DNA from: an uncultured Pseudobdellovibrionaceae bacterium | Lineage (GTDB): Bacteria > Bdellovibrionota > Bdellovibrionia > Bdellovibrionales > UBA1609 | DNA length: 64,000 nucleotides | NCBI GenBank assembly: GCA_963803705.1 | Contig: CAWDNU010000004.1 | Coordinates: 544,001-608,000, forward strand | Direction of reading: 5' to 3' | Shown: piece after piece, positions 1 to 9,797 of the stretch | Layout: each line of letters begins with the position of its first letter | Position numbering within the stretch: position 1 is the stretch's first letter | The notes under the pieces: model-generated | What the model was told of the DNA's origin: nothing | The model's input: the letters and a program-made list of their open reading frames with translations, nothing else | Database searches by the model: none | Position numbers and translations under genes: made by a program

Positions 1-92
1 CTAACTTGTAATTTTGCTTTTAAAATTACGGCAATAATGTAAGTTATGGTTTTGCACTTCATCATTCAAATATTAGAACTAGGAATTTCTAG

Positions 93-1973
93 ATGATTTC
101 AAAAGATGAGCTTGAGCATCTCGAATCCCGAAATATAGATGGCAAGGTTTTTCAGAAAAGCCTGATCAATATGGTTGGGATACCTTCAATTTTTTTCGTC
201 CTGACTATAGTTTTTACACATTTTCAGTTCGAATATCGAGAAAATAATAGAAACCATAGAAGTGAGCTCATCCAGTTAAAGCTTGATGTTTCAGAGTACC
301 TACGTAGATTTGTTGATATGGAGTCAGGTCTGAGGGGCTACATAATAACAAAAAATAGCAAATTTTTAGAGCCTTATTTTGAAGCCCAAGTTAAGACTGG
401 AGTCATTAAGCAAACTATTTACAAATTCATGGTTAACAACCAAGGACTCCAGAAGAAATTTCAGGATCTTGTCAGAGCCACTGATAACTGGGATATTAAA
501 TACGCACAACCTGTGGCTGATTTTGAAAACAACCAGTTTGAAATAACCGATCGCTTTAGGCTCAACGCTAAAAAAGCCTTTGATAAAATTCGAAGAGAAT
601 TCTTACAGTTAAATAACGATATTGACCTGATTAGTGTTAAGCTAGAAGAAAGAACGAGATATGCAAATTCTGTTAATTACCTGCTAGAGATCATATTAAT
701 ATTTGCCTTTGTGATATTTATGTATTTTCTGTTAAGGAAGCAATTTCGGCTGTTAGTAGATAACTACAGAGATATTGTTTTAAAAAATCAAAAACAGATG
801 GCTAAACTTATTGAAGTCTCCAAATCTAAGGATCTTTTTTTAGCAAATATGAGTCACGAAATTAGAACCCCATTAGGTGCAATTCTGGGCTTTGTTGATC
901 TTGCTTTGGAAGACAAATCTGTAACCTTGGAGACCAGGGGCCACCTATCTTTCGTTAAAAGAAATGGAGCTCATCTACTTAGCTTGATTGAAGACTTATT
1001 TGATTTATCGAAAGTTACGACTAATAAAATTGACATAGTGCCTGAGAACACAGATATTCTTCAGACACTGTTAGACGTCAAAGATAATTTTAGCAGCACT
1101 GCTAATGATAACAGTCTGGTGATTAAATTTCTAATCCATCGTAAGATACCTAGAATTTTATTTTTAGATCCACTAAGGCTAAGACAGATTCTATTAAACC
1201 TACTTTCAAATGCTATTAAGTTTACTAAAATGAATGGTAGCGTAACTGTTACAGTCAGTTGCAAATCTGACCAACTAATGTTCGACATAAATGATGAAGG
1301 CATAGGAATTCCAAAGGATAAGCAAGCTTTGATATTTAATACCTTCCACCAGGTGGAAAATGCTCATTCCCGGAAGTATGGGGGGGCCGGTTTGGGCCTA
1401 TCAATTTCAAGGACTTTTGCTAACCTTATGGGCGGTAATTTAGAGCTTGTGGAAAGCAAACTCGGTGTCGGTAGTCACTTTAGGCTTACACTACCAATCA
1501 TTGCGGCTGAAACTGATAATTTCTTCGAACAAGAAGGTTTTGATTCAGAAGAAATTCCTAGAGAAATAAGTAATCCAGGTGATGAAGAGTCCGATTTGAT
1601 CGAACCCAAGAGGCTTTTGGATAAGAAAATTCTTCTGGCTGAAGATTCTAGAGAAAACCAAATTTTATTTCAAATTTATTTACAAAACGAGGGTGCCGAC
1701 ATTGAGATAGTGGATTCAGGCGCAGACGCTGTTAGGAAGGCTCTAAATATGAATTACGACATCATATTAATGGACATTCAAATGCCAGGGATTGACGGTT
1801 ACGAGGCCTTGAAATTGTTGAGGGATTCTGGCTATTTAGGTAAAATTATGGCTCTTACAGCTCACGCTATGAAAGGTGAGCGCGAAAGATGTTTGAACGC
1901 TGGTTTTGATGATTACCTTTCTAAGCCGGTCAACAAGTCTAAGTTGATCGAAAAAATTGTGGGTTTAGTTTAA
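93..1973 (+). CDS. Hybrid sensor histidine kinase (CHASE3-like sensor, HisKA, HATPase, receiver)
   Basis: Two TM segments around DMESGLRGYIIT; H-box FLANMSHEIRTPL; N box LLNLLSNAIKFT; G box GAGLGL; C-terminal REC domain (LLAED, MDIQMP, ALTA, KP). Confidence 0.92.
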   Translation: MISKDELEHLESRNIDGKVFQKSLINMVGIPSIFFVLTIVFTHFQFEYRENNRNHRSELIQLKLDVSEYLRRFVDMESGLRGYIITKNSKFLEPYFEAQVKTGVIKQTIYKFMVNNQGLQKKFQDLVRATDNWDIKYAQPVADFENNQFEITDRFRLNAKKAFDKIRREFLQLNNDIDLISVKLEERTRYANSVNYLLEIILIFAFVIFMYFLLRKQFRLLVDNYRDIVLKNQKQMAKLIEVSKSKDLFLANMSHEIRTPLGAILGFVDLALEDKSVTLETRGHLSFVKRNGAHLLSLIEDLFDLSKVTTNKIDIVPENTDILQTLLDVKDNFSSTANDNSLVIKFLIHRKIPRILFLDPLRLRQILLNLLSNAIKFTKMNGSVTVTVSCKSDQLMFDINDEGIGIPKDKQALIFNTFHQVENAHSRKYGGAGLGLSISRTFANLMGGNLELVESKLGVGSHFRLTLPIIAAETDNFFEQEGFDSEEIPREISNPGDEESDLIEPKRLLDKKILLAEDSRENQILFQIYLQNEGADIEIVDSGADAVRKALNMNYDIILMDIQMPGIDGYEALKLLRDSGYLGKIMALTAHAMKGERERCLNAGFDDYLSKPVNKSKLIEKIVGLV

Positions 1974-2192
1974 TTTAAATGGTTACCAGCGATTAACTTG
2001 GCAGAACAGCTGTGTAAATTTCTACTCATTATTTCACAGCGATTTAGGTTATCCAAGGGTCAGATGGATTAAATTATGAAAAATAAAAATTAGTAAAAAA
2101 ATATTATCACAGTTAGATATTAAGTATAATTAGATATTTAGATAAAGACAAAGATAAAATTTTTAATGTTAAGGTTTATTAAAGGAGAATCT

Positions 2193-2399
2193 ATGGATAA
2201 AAATTTTTTTAAAGGGAACTGGAATCAGATCAAAGGCAGTATAAAACAAACTTGGGGTGACTTGACTGATAACGAGATCACCAAGATGGAGGGTGATTAT
2301 GATAAGACTCTTGGGCTGCTGCAAGAGAAATATAGTATGAAGAAAGAAGAAGCAGAAAATAAATTAAACGATATGATAAAAAAATTAAATCATAAATAA
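2193..2399 (+). CDS. CsbD family stress protein
   Basis: KGNWNQIKGSIKQTWGDLTD..LQEKY pattern; start moved to ATG 2193 behind AAGGAG. Confidence 0.88.
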   Translation: MDKNFFKGNWNQIKGSIKQTWGDLTDNEITKMEGDYDKTLGLLQEKYSMKKEEAENKLNDMIKKLNHK

Positions 2400-2409
2400 A
2401 GGCGGAAAA

Positions 2410-3009
2410 ATGTTAAAATTAGTAAAATTTCTTTTAGTTCCAATGTCTCTTATCTCTCTTTCTGCACAGGCGGCAAGGCCTACTGATGGTGAGCTTATAT
2501 TATCTCTTTTTGGTGTTGTTAATGACAGCGTTAAAGATGATGGCTCTTCCGGCCGAGACAATAGTTATAACTTTGGTGCCGGTGCCCTAGTCGAAGCTAA
2601 CGTGAATGGGTTTCTTGGTATCGAAACTGGAGCTATATTCGTGAAGCGTCAGTATGAATATGGATCTGGCCCTGTTTCTTTAGTTCAAGAGGTTGGACGC
2701 TTGCATGTTCCGGCAGTTGTAAAATTTTGGCCTACAAATTTTTTAGCGGTCGGTATCGGTCCTTATGCCTCTTTTAAAGTTGGTGATGTCAAAAATACAC
2801 TTGAGATCGGTGGTGTCGGTGGTTCAGTAGACACAAAAGCTGATGATGACGTCGAACTAGGTTTGGATGCAACTGTAACGTTAAATTTCAGTGTGGCTGA
2901 CAAGACCGGTATTTTTGTTGAGGGACGTTATTCTAAACCTTTCGATGAAGGTGATGATACAGAGCTAGATTCTATGACTGGTTTAGTTGGTGTTAAAATC
3001 TCTATGTAG
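2410..3009 (+). CDS. Small outer-membrane beta-barrel protein
   Basis: Signal peptide ending AQA; alternating beta strands (FVEGRY, GLVGVKISM). Confidence 0.75.
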   Translation: MLKLVKFLLVPMSLISLSAQAARPTDGELILSLFGVVNDSVKDDGSSGRDNSYNFGAGALVEANVNGFLGIETGAIFVKRQYEYGSGPVSLVQEVGRLHVPAVVKFWPTNFLAVGIGPYASFKVGDVKNTLEIGGVGGSVDTKADDDVELGLDATVTLNFSVADKTGIFVEGRYSKPFDEGDDTELDSMTGLVGVKISM

Positions 3010-3113
3010 TTTCATGCTACGTTTAGGAATTTGCCTCTAAACTACAATATAATTGACCCAAATTTTGGTACATCTTAGGCTAGGATTTGGGTTTTTTGGT
3101 GTTTAATCTGTAA

Positions 3114-4115
3114 CTATTCAGACCACTCAATAAATTCTTCTTTTGTAATGTCTACGGGGTTAAAGAAACTACTGATAAATTCTAGTGCAATCTGCTTAGA
3201 ACGTGGTGCCTCCAATAGTTTTAATGCAAACATAGGGTGAAATTCAATCTGCACATGCACTTCATTACCCCTCCGATCATAGTCGTAGGTTTTGATGTTG
3301 AACAATAAGCCCTCTGAAGACAGCGCATCTTCATCCAACTTGGCCATCGCTTTGCGATGGGAAAGTTGAATGTGGTGAATCAAAGTTTCTTCAGATTTAA
3401 TTTCAGGTACAATTTTCAATGGTATCTCAAATTGTAGATACCGTAAGTTCAAAGTGTGCTCGAGGTCCCCTTCATCCAATTCAGATAGCTTTTGAGCAAC
3501 AAAATATAAAATATCTATGACAGTGTCTGAAGGGTCACTCATTGTTCGCCTAAATGTAGTAGGGCCGTCACCAAACAGTTCATTCGAAACTGATTTTTGC
3601 CCCAAGGCTCTACTTTGATATCTTTTTCTACTGGCAGCAGCTGTCGTAGCTGCCAAATAATCTTCCGCGCGATTTTCATAAGCACCATAGTGCTTCAAAA
3701 GGGCAAGCACCCTTGGAGTATAAACTGATTGAATATGCTTAAGAACATGCACATGGCTTGGGTCGAAATTGCTTGCCTTAGCTGAATTGATCTCGCTGGT
3801 GGTAGGCACATAATTATAAAAGTTGTCTGGACCTTTTAATGATCTGGGCAATACATGATCTATGGACATCTGATCAAATGGAAGAGGCAATCCAGTGTAA
3901 TAATCCTTACCCTCGAAGGCCTCATGAATGGCAATTCGTAATTTTCTTTCGAAAGTGTAAAAATCTGCATCTTTAGGGAAGTCAAATTGGTGAAGCGCAA
4001 ATTGGGCCAGAGTGGGAACTTTCTGAGATAAAAAGCCACTGCACTCCATGCTGCTTACGCTCAAGCTAAACAGGAAGGTGAAAGAACCAATAAAAAGCTT
4101 AAAGTATCCCACCAA
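3114..4115 (-). CDS. Secreted HNH endonuclease-domain protein
   Basis: Hydrophobic N-terminal signal, then CSGFL; HNH motif DYYTG..IDHVLPRSLKGPDNFYNYVP..INSAK. Confidence 0.75.
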   Translation of the reverse strand: MVGYFKLFIGSFTFLFSLSVSSMECSGFLSQKVPTLAQFALHQFDFPKDADFYTFERKLRIAIHEAFEGKDYYTGLPLPFDQMSIDHVLPRSLKGPDNFYNYVPTTSEINSAKASNFDPSHVHVLKHIQSVYTPRVLALLKHYGAYENRAEDYLAATTAAASRKRYQSRALGQKSVSNELFGDGPTTFRRTMSDPSDTVIDILYFVAQKLSELDEGDLEHTLNLRYLQFEIPLKIVPEIKSEETLIHHIQLSHRKAMAKLDEDALSSEGLLFNIKTYDYDRRGNEVHVQIEFHPMFALKLLEAPRSKQIALEFISSFFNPVDITKEEFIEWSE

Positions 4116-4177
4116 AACTAAACCCCTTAAATTAGATATTGTAAACTCTTACAAAAGTGCTGGTTTGGCAATTAGCT

Positions 4178-4194
4178 AGCAATATACGGTCCAG
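4178..4194 (-). promoter_or_regulatory. Putative sigma54 (-24/-12) promoter of the secreted HNH gene
   Basis: Minus strand reads CTGGACCGTATATTGCT: GG-N10-GC with TTGCT, about 60 bp upstream of the start. Confidence 0.5.
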
Positions 4195-4279
4195 AAAAAG
4201 CAGGTGATGTCTTAGCTTTTTGCCTAATTAGCTAGCAAAACCAAACACTAAACCGATAATTAAAAATTATAATCAGAGG

Positions 4280-5452
4280 TTAAACCCAGGATCCTTTTCT
4301 AATCTTTTCCAAAATTATCTTTTCTGGCATCAAGGGGTCTTTTGGAGCGACACTAAAAATGGCTTGCTGTTCGCAACGGATCTTATTCTTGATCAAAAAC
4401 CTTAAAATATCAGCCAATTTTTTGTTCTTCCTATCTTTAAAAAATGGGTCATTTTCAAGCACATCTTTAGCTTTTTTGAGCGCTCTAGCTTCGCCAACAT
4501 CTGATGTTTTAACATCGTAATAATTCAGGTCATACTTTTCAATATCTTCAGGTAACACTCCTAAAAACTTAACGTCTGGTGCTGAAAAATCTTTGTTTCG
4601 AATTAAACTTGCAGCAGAGCCTGCCTTAAGTGTTCTAAAAATATTTTGCAAAGTGTAGGCGTCCAAATCTCCGAAAAAATAGATAGGCACCTTAAGTTGT
4701 TCCTGGATAAGTTTACACCAGCCCCTTACCCCATTACTCGGTACTCCCTGAGCGCCCATCAATATAGACTTGTTTCGTTTAGTGAAACCATTGCTTACTA
4801 ACGTATTTGCAGTACCTTCTGACTCTACGACCAGGCAAAAATCAATTTTTCCTTTGGCTTTAAGTTTCAAAGCTTGAGGCTTATTTTTAGGTTGAAAGGG
4901 TGTAGTTCCTAGTGTGCTTAAGTCGATAACTGCCTTAGTTCCGTCCGTGAGTGTCTCAGTGACGATTAAATTTTGTGAGTAGGTTTGTCCACCACGGTCA
5001 TTCGCAAAGCAGTTCATCTCCTCGCGGTAAACTTCAAGCATATCTGTAATAAAGTCTATAACAGAATCACTTTCGCTCTGATCATCAAAGTCGATTGGCT
5101 TAAGTTCTTTACTTCTTTTGACCAATCCTTTGGCCATATAATAAAGCTCTCTCTTGTTATTTACACTTCCAGAGTCTACATTTGAAAGTAAAATATCTAG
5201 CATAAACACAGTTCGAGCTAGTTTTTGCACGGATGAAACATTTAGTTCGCTACGAACCATCTTGCCCGTTGGGGTTAGGTAGCCAACTTTTGAGTTGTAC
5301 TCTGAGTTATCCAAACTGCATTTAATAGATTGTAAAACGGGCCGTTTTGAATTTTCTAAATCAGCTAGCATTCCTTCACAAAGCATTCTAGCTTTTTGAA
5401 TCATATCTTTTTGACTGACTCCGGAATTTGCTTTAACTCCAACTCTTGCCAT
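4280..5452 (-). CDS. top6A: DNA topoisomerase VI subunit A
   Basis: Catalytic KRELYY motif; Toprim VVESEG, GAQGVP and GDLDAY (DxD); adjacent to subunit B. Confidence 0.93.
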   Translation of the reverse strand: MARVGVKANSGVSQKDMIQKARMLCEGMLADLENSKRPVLQSIKCSLDNSEYNSKVGYLTPTGKMVRSELNVSSVQKLARTVFMLDILLSNVDSGSVNNKRELYYMAKGLVKRSKELKPIDFDDQSESDSVIDFITDMLEVYREEMNCFANDRGGQTYSQNLIVTETLTDGTKAVIDLSTLGTTPFQPKNKPQALKLKAKGKIDFCLVVESEGTANTLVSNGFTKRNKSILMGAQGVPSNGVRGWCKLIQEQLKVPIYFFGDLDAYTLQNIFRTLKAGSAASLIRNKDFSAPDVKFLGVLPEDIEKYDLNYYDVKTSDVGEARALKKAKDVLENDPFFKDRKNKKLADILRFLIKNKIRCEQQAIFSVAPKDPLMPEKIILEKIRKGSWV

Positions 5453-5467
5453 AAATTTTCCTTGTAT

Positions 5468-7339
5468 CTATTTTTTTGATCTAACTGTCGTGCTTTTAGC
5501 TGCTTTCTTCTTTTTAGTACTTTTTTTGTTTAAGACTTTCTTTTTTACACTGGATTTTTTCTCAATTTTCTTTTTAGAAGCTAATCTTTTCGAACTTTTT
5601 TTCAACTTTTTTACAGACTCTTCTGCTGCTTCAGCTTTTTTTGAACTGCCTTGTTTACGTAAACGCTTAGCTTCTTGTCTTTGCTCGGCTATAGTCGGTT
5701 GGGCCTCAACTGTGCTTACATCAAAAGAACGATTGTCCTTTAGGTTTTGTAATCTTACCTCAGCTACTTCTAATTTTTTTTCAGCATCGTTGGTGTCTCG
5801 ACCTAAAATCTTATTCAAGCCTTCGGTAGCTCTGTCTTTTCTTTTTTCACTTGCACCAATGATTGCTGCTAATCCGTTGACTAAGATCGGTCCGAATTTT
5901 TCAATGTGTTTTAGTTTTCTTTCTAAATCAGCTGCTCTGTTTTCTCTGTTGATGTGACGGGATAGCTTTTGGCCTGTTTGCATTAAGGTTCTGCGAATCT
6001 CTTCAACTAGATCCTCGCTGGCATCAACAGTCTCTTTAGATGCATTTTTAAACTTAATAAAAGGTGAGGTTACACTAACTGCAAAAACATAGGGTCCTTG
6101 GGGCAAACTATTTCTAGATTGAGATAAACCGTAAGACCGCCAATTAACTGATTCAACTGCTTTTGTAATTGCGCAACCTGCTTTATCAAATTGCAGGGGC
6201 ACTCGATTTGCGAATCTTAAAAGTTGCACTTGATCGTCTTCGGAACCCCTGTTGATAAAACGCGCAATTGCGACCTCTACAACCACAGGTTTGTAATCAC
6301 AGATTCTAGGTTTGCGAGCCACTACACTAAAAAAATCTACTTCGCCCAGGCGTTGAATACTTTTGGCTAAAGACTCTTCCCCAATTGTCAGAACAGACTT
6401 TGTAGATGGGCTCGGCAGATCTGTTGCTTGAATAGCTTTAAAAATTTCTTTGAACTCAGTCTCGCTAGTCTTAGCAATAGGCTGATTTAAAAACTTTTTC
6501 TTCATCCCATTTTTAACAAAGTCCTTAAACGTTGTATCGGTGACTCTAGAAAAAGCTGATTTTAAAAAGTTTTTTAGACTTACGTTTCCATATAGCAAGG
6601 CATGGGTCATAAACTCGCCCAATTTCATAGTATGAGGATGGGGCAATGTGGCTGCCGGTGCCTTTGGCACAATATTAGTGACGCGATCTACTTTAATCAC
6701 CGGATCATCATTGATTTTATATCTAAGGTTCAGATGCGGGTTTACTAAAGCTGTTCCCTCTAGATAAGTTAAAATTCCACCATCACCATTTAGCTGCAGG
6801 CGACCATCGATGATAAACTCAACTTTTAATCCATGGGCTTTATCCCAATCTACAGTGACCTTGTCTTTCACTAAGCCTTTATTTAGTTTAATATCAACAT
6901 CAATTCTCATTTCAGCGGCTTTACGCATACTCTTTGTTTTACTTCTAACAAAAACACCTTTGGCGTTTGTAAGCTGAGCCCAGGTTGTTGCTGCTGAAAT
7001 TCCAATACCCTGTTGACCCCTAGAACATCGTCCGCGCCCAAACTTTGATGAAGCTAAGTATTCACCGAAAACTTTAGGAAGATCTTCTGGGCTAAGTCCC
7101 GGACCGTTATCTTCAATGGTCACCCTAATTAAGTCCGCACCTTTGGAACCACCAATACCAATCTTTTCAATTTCAATAATAATTTCAGGCAGTATACCGT
7201 GGTCTTCACAGGCATCTAAAGAGTTATCGATAGACTCTTTCAAAGTAGTTAAAACAGCTTTTGTTGCAGACGAAAATCCAACCTGCTGTAAATTTTTGGC
7301 AAAATATTCGGCGGTACTGCTGGATGTTATTTGAGCCAA
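5468..7339 (-). CDS. top6B: DNA topoisomerase VI subunit B with Lys-rich C-terminal tail
   Basis: GHKL motifs KESIDNSLDA, EDNGPG, SRGQQGIGIS; transducer motif RFANRVPL; TTG start behind GGAGG. Confidence 0.95.
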   Translation of the reverse strand: MAQITSSSTAEYFAKNLQQVGFSSATKAVLTTLKESIDNSLDACEDHGILPEIIIEIEKIGIGGSKGADLIRVTIEDNGPGLSPEDLPKVFGEYLASSKFGRGRCSRGQQGIGISAATTWAQLTNAKGVFVRSKTKSMRKAAEMRIDVDIKLNKGLVKDKVTVDWDKAHGLKVEFIIDGRLQLNGDGGILTYLEGTALVNPHLNLRYKINDDPVIKVDRVTNIVPKAPAATLPHPHTMKLGEFMTHALLYGNVSLKNFLKSAFSRVTDTTFKDFVKNGMKKKFLNQPIAKTSETEFKEIFKAIQATDLPSPSTKSVLTIGEESLAKSIQRLGEVDFFSVVARKPRICDYKPVVVEVAIARFINRGSEDDQVQLLRFANRVPLQFDKAGCAITKAVESVNWRSYGLSQSRNSLPQGPYVFAVSVTSPFIKFKNASKETVDASEDLVEEIRRTLMQTGQKLSRHINRENRAADLERKLKHIEKFGPILVNGLAAIIGASEKRKDRATEGLNKILGRDTNDAEKKLEVAEVRLQNLKDNRSFDVSTVEAQPTIAEQRQEAKRLRKQGSSKKAEAAEESVKKLKKSSKRLASKKKIEKKSSVKKKVLNKKSTKKKKAAKSTTVRSKK

Positions 7340-7455
7340 AGGTTCCTCCGGAAGAGTGGTAAGATAGGATTACGACTTCTTAGTTTGAAAAGAAAATGAC
7401 TTGAATGCAAGTCTTTGCACTGCAAAGCTTATTTTTGAGGCGAGCTCCTGGTTCA

Positions 7456-7737
7456 TTATTTTTTTTGAGAAGCCAAAAATTCAACATCTGTTTTATGACT
7501 TTTGACTGAGTTACAATTTTTACAACTAACAACTAAGTTGGACTTAGAAGATCTTCCACCTCTAATAATTGGAACCTTATGATCCATAGTTAGTTCTCTC
7601 TTTTTAAAACTGTTTTCACAGTAATGACACCTTTGCAAAGAAAGCTGCTGGTCCCACCATGGGGTTTTTCTTAAGGCTCGCGCTTTTTCCTTTTCTTTTT
7701 TTACATGGGCCTCAGAAGAGGGTGTGAACCAAGACAT
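7456..7737 (-). CDS. Small HNH endonuclease (Zn-binding)
   Basis: CHYC..TMDHKVPIIRGGRSSKSNLVVSCKNCN; start placed at MSWF (7737). Confidence 0.85.
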   Translation of the reverse strand: MSWFTPSSEAHVKKEKEKARALRKTPWWDQQLSLQRCHYCENSFKKRELTMDHKVPIIRGGRSSKSNLVVSCKNCNSVKSHKTDVEFLASQKK

Positions 7738-7900
7738 GGCCGTAATCTGCCTTTTCAAGGTTTGTTTAGCAAGAGCAAATACGAGCTTAACCGGGTGACT
7801 AAAGTATTTGCATAAAACAGTTGTATAAATCACTAAGTTTTTTTAGAAAGTAGTTTACGCATTTAAATTAACTGATTGAGCTTAAAAATTTAGGATTCCT

Positions 7901-8128
7901 ATGAAAACTGAAGACTTAGAGCAAAGGCTTTTAAAAGCCTACCCTGACGCACAAATAGCAGTCCTAGACTCTAACGGTAACGGAGATCATTTCGAAATAC
8001 GGATTTCGTCAGAAGCTATTAATAGGTTATCTAGAATTAAAAGGCATCAGGCAATTTTAAGTCTTTTTGATAGTGAATTTAAATCAGGCGAACTGCATGC
8101 CTTAACTGTGAAACCAATTTGTCTATAA
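7901..8128 (+). CDS. BolA/IbaG family protein
   Basis: GDHF..SRIKRHQ..ELHAL motifs; next to monothiol glutaredoxin. Confidence 0.9.
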   Translation: MKTEDLEQRLLKAYPDAQIAVLDSNGNGDHFEIRISSEAINRLSRIKRHQAILSLFDSEFKSGELHALTVKPICL

Positions 8129-8148
8129 TTATTTAGGAGATAAATCTT

Positions 8149-8463
8149 ATGTTGAATGCAACTGTAAAAACCGAAATTGAAAATGCTATTTCATTAAAAC
8201 CAGTAGTTCTGTTTATGAAAGGAACGCCAGCCTTCCCTCAATGTGGATTTTCTGCTCGTGCAGTTGCTATCCTTAAAGAGCTAAGTATGGATTTTCATAG
8301 TGTTAACGTTTTAGAAAATGAATCTGTAAGACAGGGTATAAAAGAGTATTCCAATTGGCCAACAATCCCGCAACTTTATTTCAAGAAAGAGCTTGTTGGT
8401 GGTAGCGATATACTTATGGAAATGTATGAGTCTGGTGAATTAAAAGAACTTTTTGAAGCTTAA
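8149..8463 (+). CDS. grxD: Monothiol glutaredoxin Grx4
   Basis: FMKGTP..PQCGFS, WPTIPQLY, GGSDI. Confidence 0.95.
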   Translation: MLNATVKTEIENAISLKPVVLFMKGTPAFPQCGFSARAVAILKELSMDFHSVNVLENESVRQGIKEYSNWPTIPQLYFKKELVGGSDILMEMYESGELKELFEA

Positions 8464-8464
8464 T

Positions 8465-9439
8465 TTAAAACCAAGAGTTAAGACGTTCTAAGTTCTGTTT
8501 TAATTCATCTTTTAAATCTTTCATTATTTGATCGACCGACTGGACAGAGTCAATTTGCCCAACAGACTCACCCGCACTCCAAACATTTTTCCAGTTCCAG
8601 TCGTAGTTAAAGGTTTTTCTTAGCCACTTAGATGCTTTAGTCTTTCCTTGGTTTCGGGTCTCGATTAAAAAGATAAGCTTTTCTATAAGTCCTGGGCTTT
8701 TAAAAAGTGATTCTAACTCAGGTGTCCTAATTACTGATGCTGGTATACCAGTTAATTTCTGCGACTTTTGTATATTTTCAGATTTATACTTCATGACAGC
8801 ATTCTTATAGCCTTCAGAGGCTTCTGCTTCTACAGATGCAATAAAACGAGTACCGACGCTTACACCACTTGCACCAAGGGCCAGAGCCGATAAAATGCTA
8901 GCACCATTTGCAATGGCCCCAGCCGCAATAATTGGTTTGTCCGTCATTTTTTTTAATTCTGAAATCAAAGAAAATGGCGAATGGGGACCTGCATGCCCAC
9001 CTGCACCTGCGCAAACGGCCACGATGCCGTCGGCCCCATGGTCCAAAACTTTTTGAGCATGTTTAGTGTTAGTCACATCACAAAAAACAAGACCGCCGTA
9101 ACTTTTAACTTTTTCGATAACTTCTTTCGGTGATCCTAAACTTGTAATAAAAAATGGGACTTTATGCTTGGCACAAACATCTAGATCTTGCCGCCACCTT
9201 GTGTTCGATTTATGCACTATTAAATTTACGCCGTAGTTCTTGTCAGTCAGAGATTTAATTTTTGCAAGCCCTTGATCCAAAGCTTCTACAGTTCTAAAGT
9301 TTAGCGTCGGGATAGTTCCAATTCCGCCAGACTCTGTAGTGTGGACAACGATATCTATCGTACTAACAATAAACATCGGAGCTGCAATGATAGGTACATT
9401 GCAAGCTAGCATCTTAGTAAAATCGTTGTTAATTTCCAT
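8465..9439 (-). CDS. Nitronate monooxygenase / FabK-like flavoprotein
   Basis: PIIAAPM, GAGGHAG, IAAGAI, GTRFIAS, WSAG motifs. Confidence 0.88.
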   Translation of the reverse strand: MEINNDFTKMLACNVPIIAAPMFIVSTIDIVVHTTESGGIGTIPTLNFRTVEALDQGLAKIKSLTDKNYGVNLIVHKSNTRWRQDLDVCAKHKVPFFITSLGSPKEVIEKVKSYGGLVFCDVTNTKHAQKVLDHGADGIVAVCAGAGGHAGPHSPFSLISELKKMTDKPIIAAGAIANGASILSALALGASGVSVGTRFIASVEAEASEGYKNAVMKYKSENIQKSQKLTGIPASVIRTPELESLFKSPGLIEKLIFLIETRNQGKTKASKWLRKTFNYDWNWKNVWSAGESVGQIDSVQSVDQIMKDLKDELKQNLERLNSWF

Positions 9440-9506
9440 ATGAGAATTATTATATAGCATCAATCTAACCCTGTGATGCAAAAATTTAAATTTTGAAAAC
9501 CTAGAT

Positions 9507-9718
9507 CAAAGTCCATGATTAGACGTAAAGGTACTGAATTTAAGTTATATAGTTTTTTAAAGTTTTAATAACGGACACTTAAAAGTGAGCTCGGATTGTA
9601 GTATTTGCGAATGCAGATACTACAAACGTATGATCGAACCTTTTTAGTGTTCGTTATTAAAACTTTAAAAAACTATATAACTTAAATTCAGTACTTTTAC
9701 GTCAGACCTGGACCTTTG
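9507..9718. repeat. Long palindromic element P1
   Basis: 64-bp arms 9522-9585 and 9640-9703 are reverse complements with 3 mismatches; inner hairpin TTGTAGTATTTGC-GAAT-GCAGATACTACAA. Confidence 0.95.
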
Positions 9719-9724
9719 TTCGTC

Positions 9725-9752
9725 TTAATAAGATGTGTGTTAATTCCGATAA
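9725..9752 (+). promoter_or_regulatory. Putative sigma28 (FliA)-like promoter
   Basis: TAAT-N15-TCCGATAA upstream of the response regulator operon (consensus TAAA-N15-GCCGATAA). Confidence 0.4.
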
Positions 9753-9797
9753 ATCTTTAGGCATTTTAAAGATTTAGCTCTTCATAGGAGGGTAGTT

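Noticed and set aside
5490..5957. 155-aa hydrophobic ORF
   Set aside because: Antisense shadow of the Lys-rich Top6B tail
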